From contig NMRA01000403.1 of NCBI GenBank assembly GCA_002633005.1, positions 26,860 to 90,859 of the forward strand: DNA of 64,000 bases, in the 5' to 3' direction. Shown here piece by piece: positions 63,130 to 64,000 of the stretch. Positions within the stretch are counted from its first letter, which is position 1. Every line of letters starts with the position of its first letter. Position numbers and translations under genes: made by a program. The DNA comes from Phoronis australis. Taxonomy: Eukaryota > Animalia > Phoronida. The notes beneath the pieces were generated by a model. That model saw only the letters and a program-made list of their open reading frames with translations. It was not told the origin of the DNA and searched no databases.

Positions 63130-64000
63130 CTTTTTATGCGCCCACATATTTATATGTGGACGCATTATCGCCAAAATCCTTTGACATACGTTCATGAAAT
63201 TTGGCACATATGTTCCATTCATGAATGGGACGGCATGTGCGAACTTTCGGATGCATCCGACTACTGGTGTGCCCCCTAGTGGCAATTTTAGTTTTTTACG
63301 CTTACGTTTGTATCTTTAAAAGTCCTGAACGCATTTTCATGAAATTTAGTGTGTAGGCACCTATTAGTGAGGTGACGCTATCCTCCAGTTTTCAGATGGA
63401 TTCAACATAGTTTACGCCACCTAGTGGCCATTTTTAGTGTTTTCGAGTCTATTTTTGTGCGTCCACCCCTCTATCAACCAACCCGCTCAAAGGGTGATTG
63501 TGAAAATTGGCATGTGTGTGCTTACTATAAAGAGGACAGCTGACAATGATTTTCAGACGATTTGGACTACTGTGGCACCTCCTAGTGGCAGTTTTGTTTT
63601 TTTTGCGCCTATGGCTGTATCTCCTAAACCGTTCGCAGGATCTTTACGAAATTGATTCATATGATGTTAACAATGAAAGATCACGACTTTTGGACGGATT
63701 CGACTACTGGTGTGCCCCCTAGTGGCAATTTTAATTTTTTTACGCTTTCCTTTGTATCTTCACAAGTCCTTATTGGATTTTCATGAAATTTGGTATGTAG
63801 GCACCTATTAGTGAGATGACGCTATCCTCCCGTTTTCAGATGGATTCGACATAGTTTGCGCCACCTAGTGGCCATTTTTACTGTTTTCGAGTCTGTATTT
63901 TTGCGTCCACCCCTCTATCAACCAAACTGCTCAAAGGATGATTGTGAAAATTGGCGTGTATGTGCTTACTATAAGGAAGACAGCTGACAATGATTTTCAG
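63130..64000. repeat. Element with ~443-bp tandem units, possibly a non-autonomous Helentron/HINE-like element
   Basis: Starts with TTTTTATGCGCCCACATATTTATATGTGGACGCAT hairpin; unit CGACTACTGGTGTGCCCCCTAGTGGC at ~63258 and ~63701, with subrepeats CATGAAATTTGG and CC(C/A)CTAGTGGC. Confidence 0.7.

Overview
AT-rich eukaryotic (animal) genomic DNA with one assembly gap (36856-37573). The repeat content suggests a marine invertebrate, possibly a mollusc, but that is inference. No prokaryotic features or CRISPR arrays are present. Four host genes can be reconstructed by eye: (1) a 3-exon secreted protein with signal peptide + PAN/Apple domain + fibrinogen-related domain (3627-13625, +), whose frame depends on a 25-nt microexon; (2, 3) two tandem, single-coding-exon class A GPCR paralogs (22790-23761 and 33051-34031, -) with opsin-like loops but no Schiff-base lysine, and an apparently mosaic similarity pattern; (4) the first five coding exons of a coiled-coil protein gene (56711->62958, +) running off the window. 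The rest is mostly decayed mobile DNA: a full-length pogo/DDE_1 transposon with TIRs and TA TSD, a Gmr1-type Gypsy element (PR-IN-RT-RH order) with one LTR, a long CR1/L2-group LINE, Tx1-, RTE-X- and CR1-like LINE fragments, a hAT transposase remnant, many MITEs and hairpins, a tRNA-like SINE head, and micro/minisatellites.
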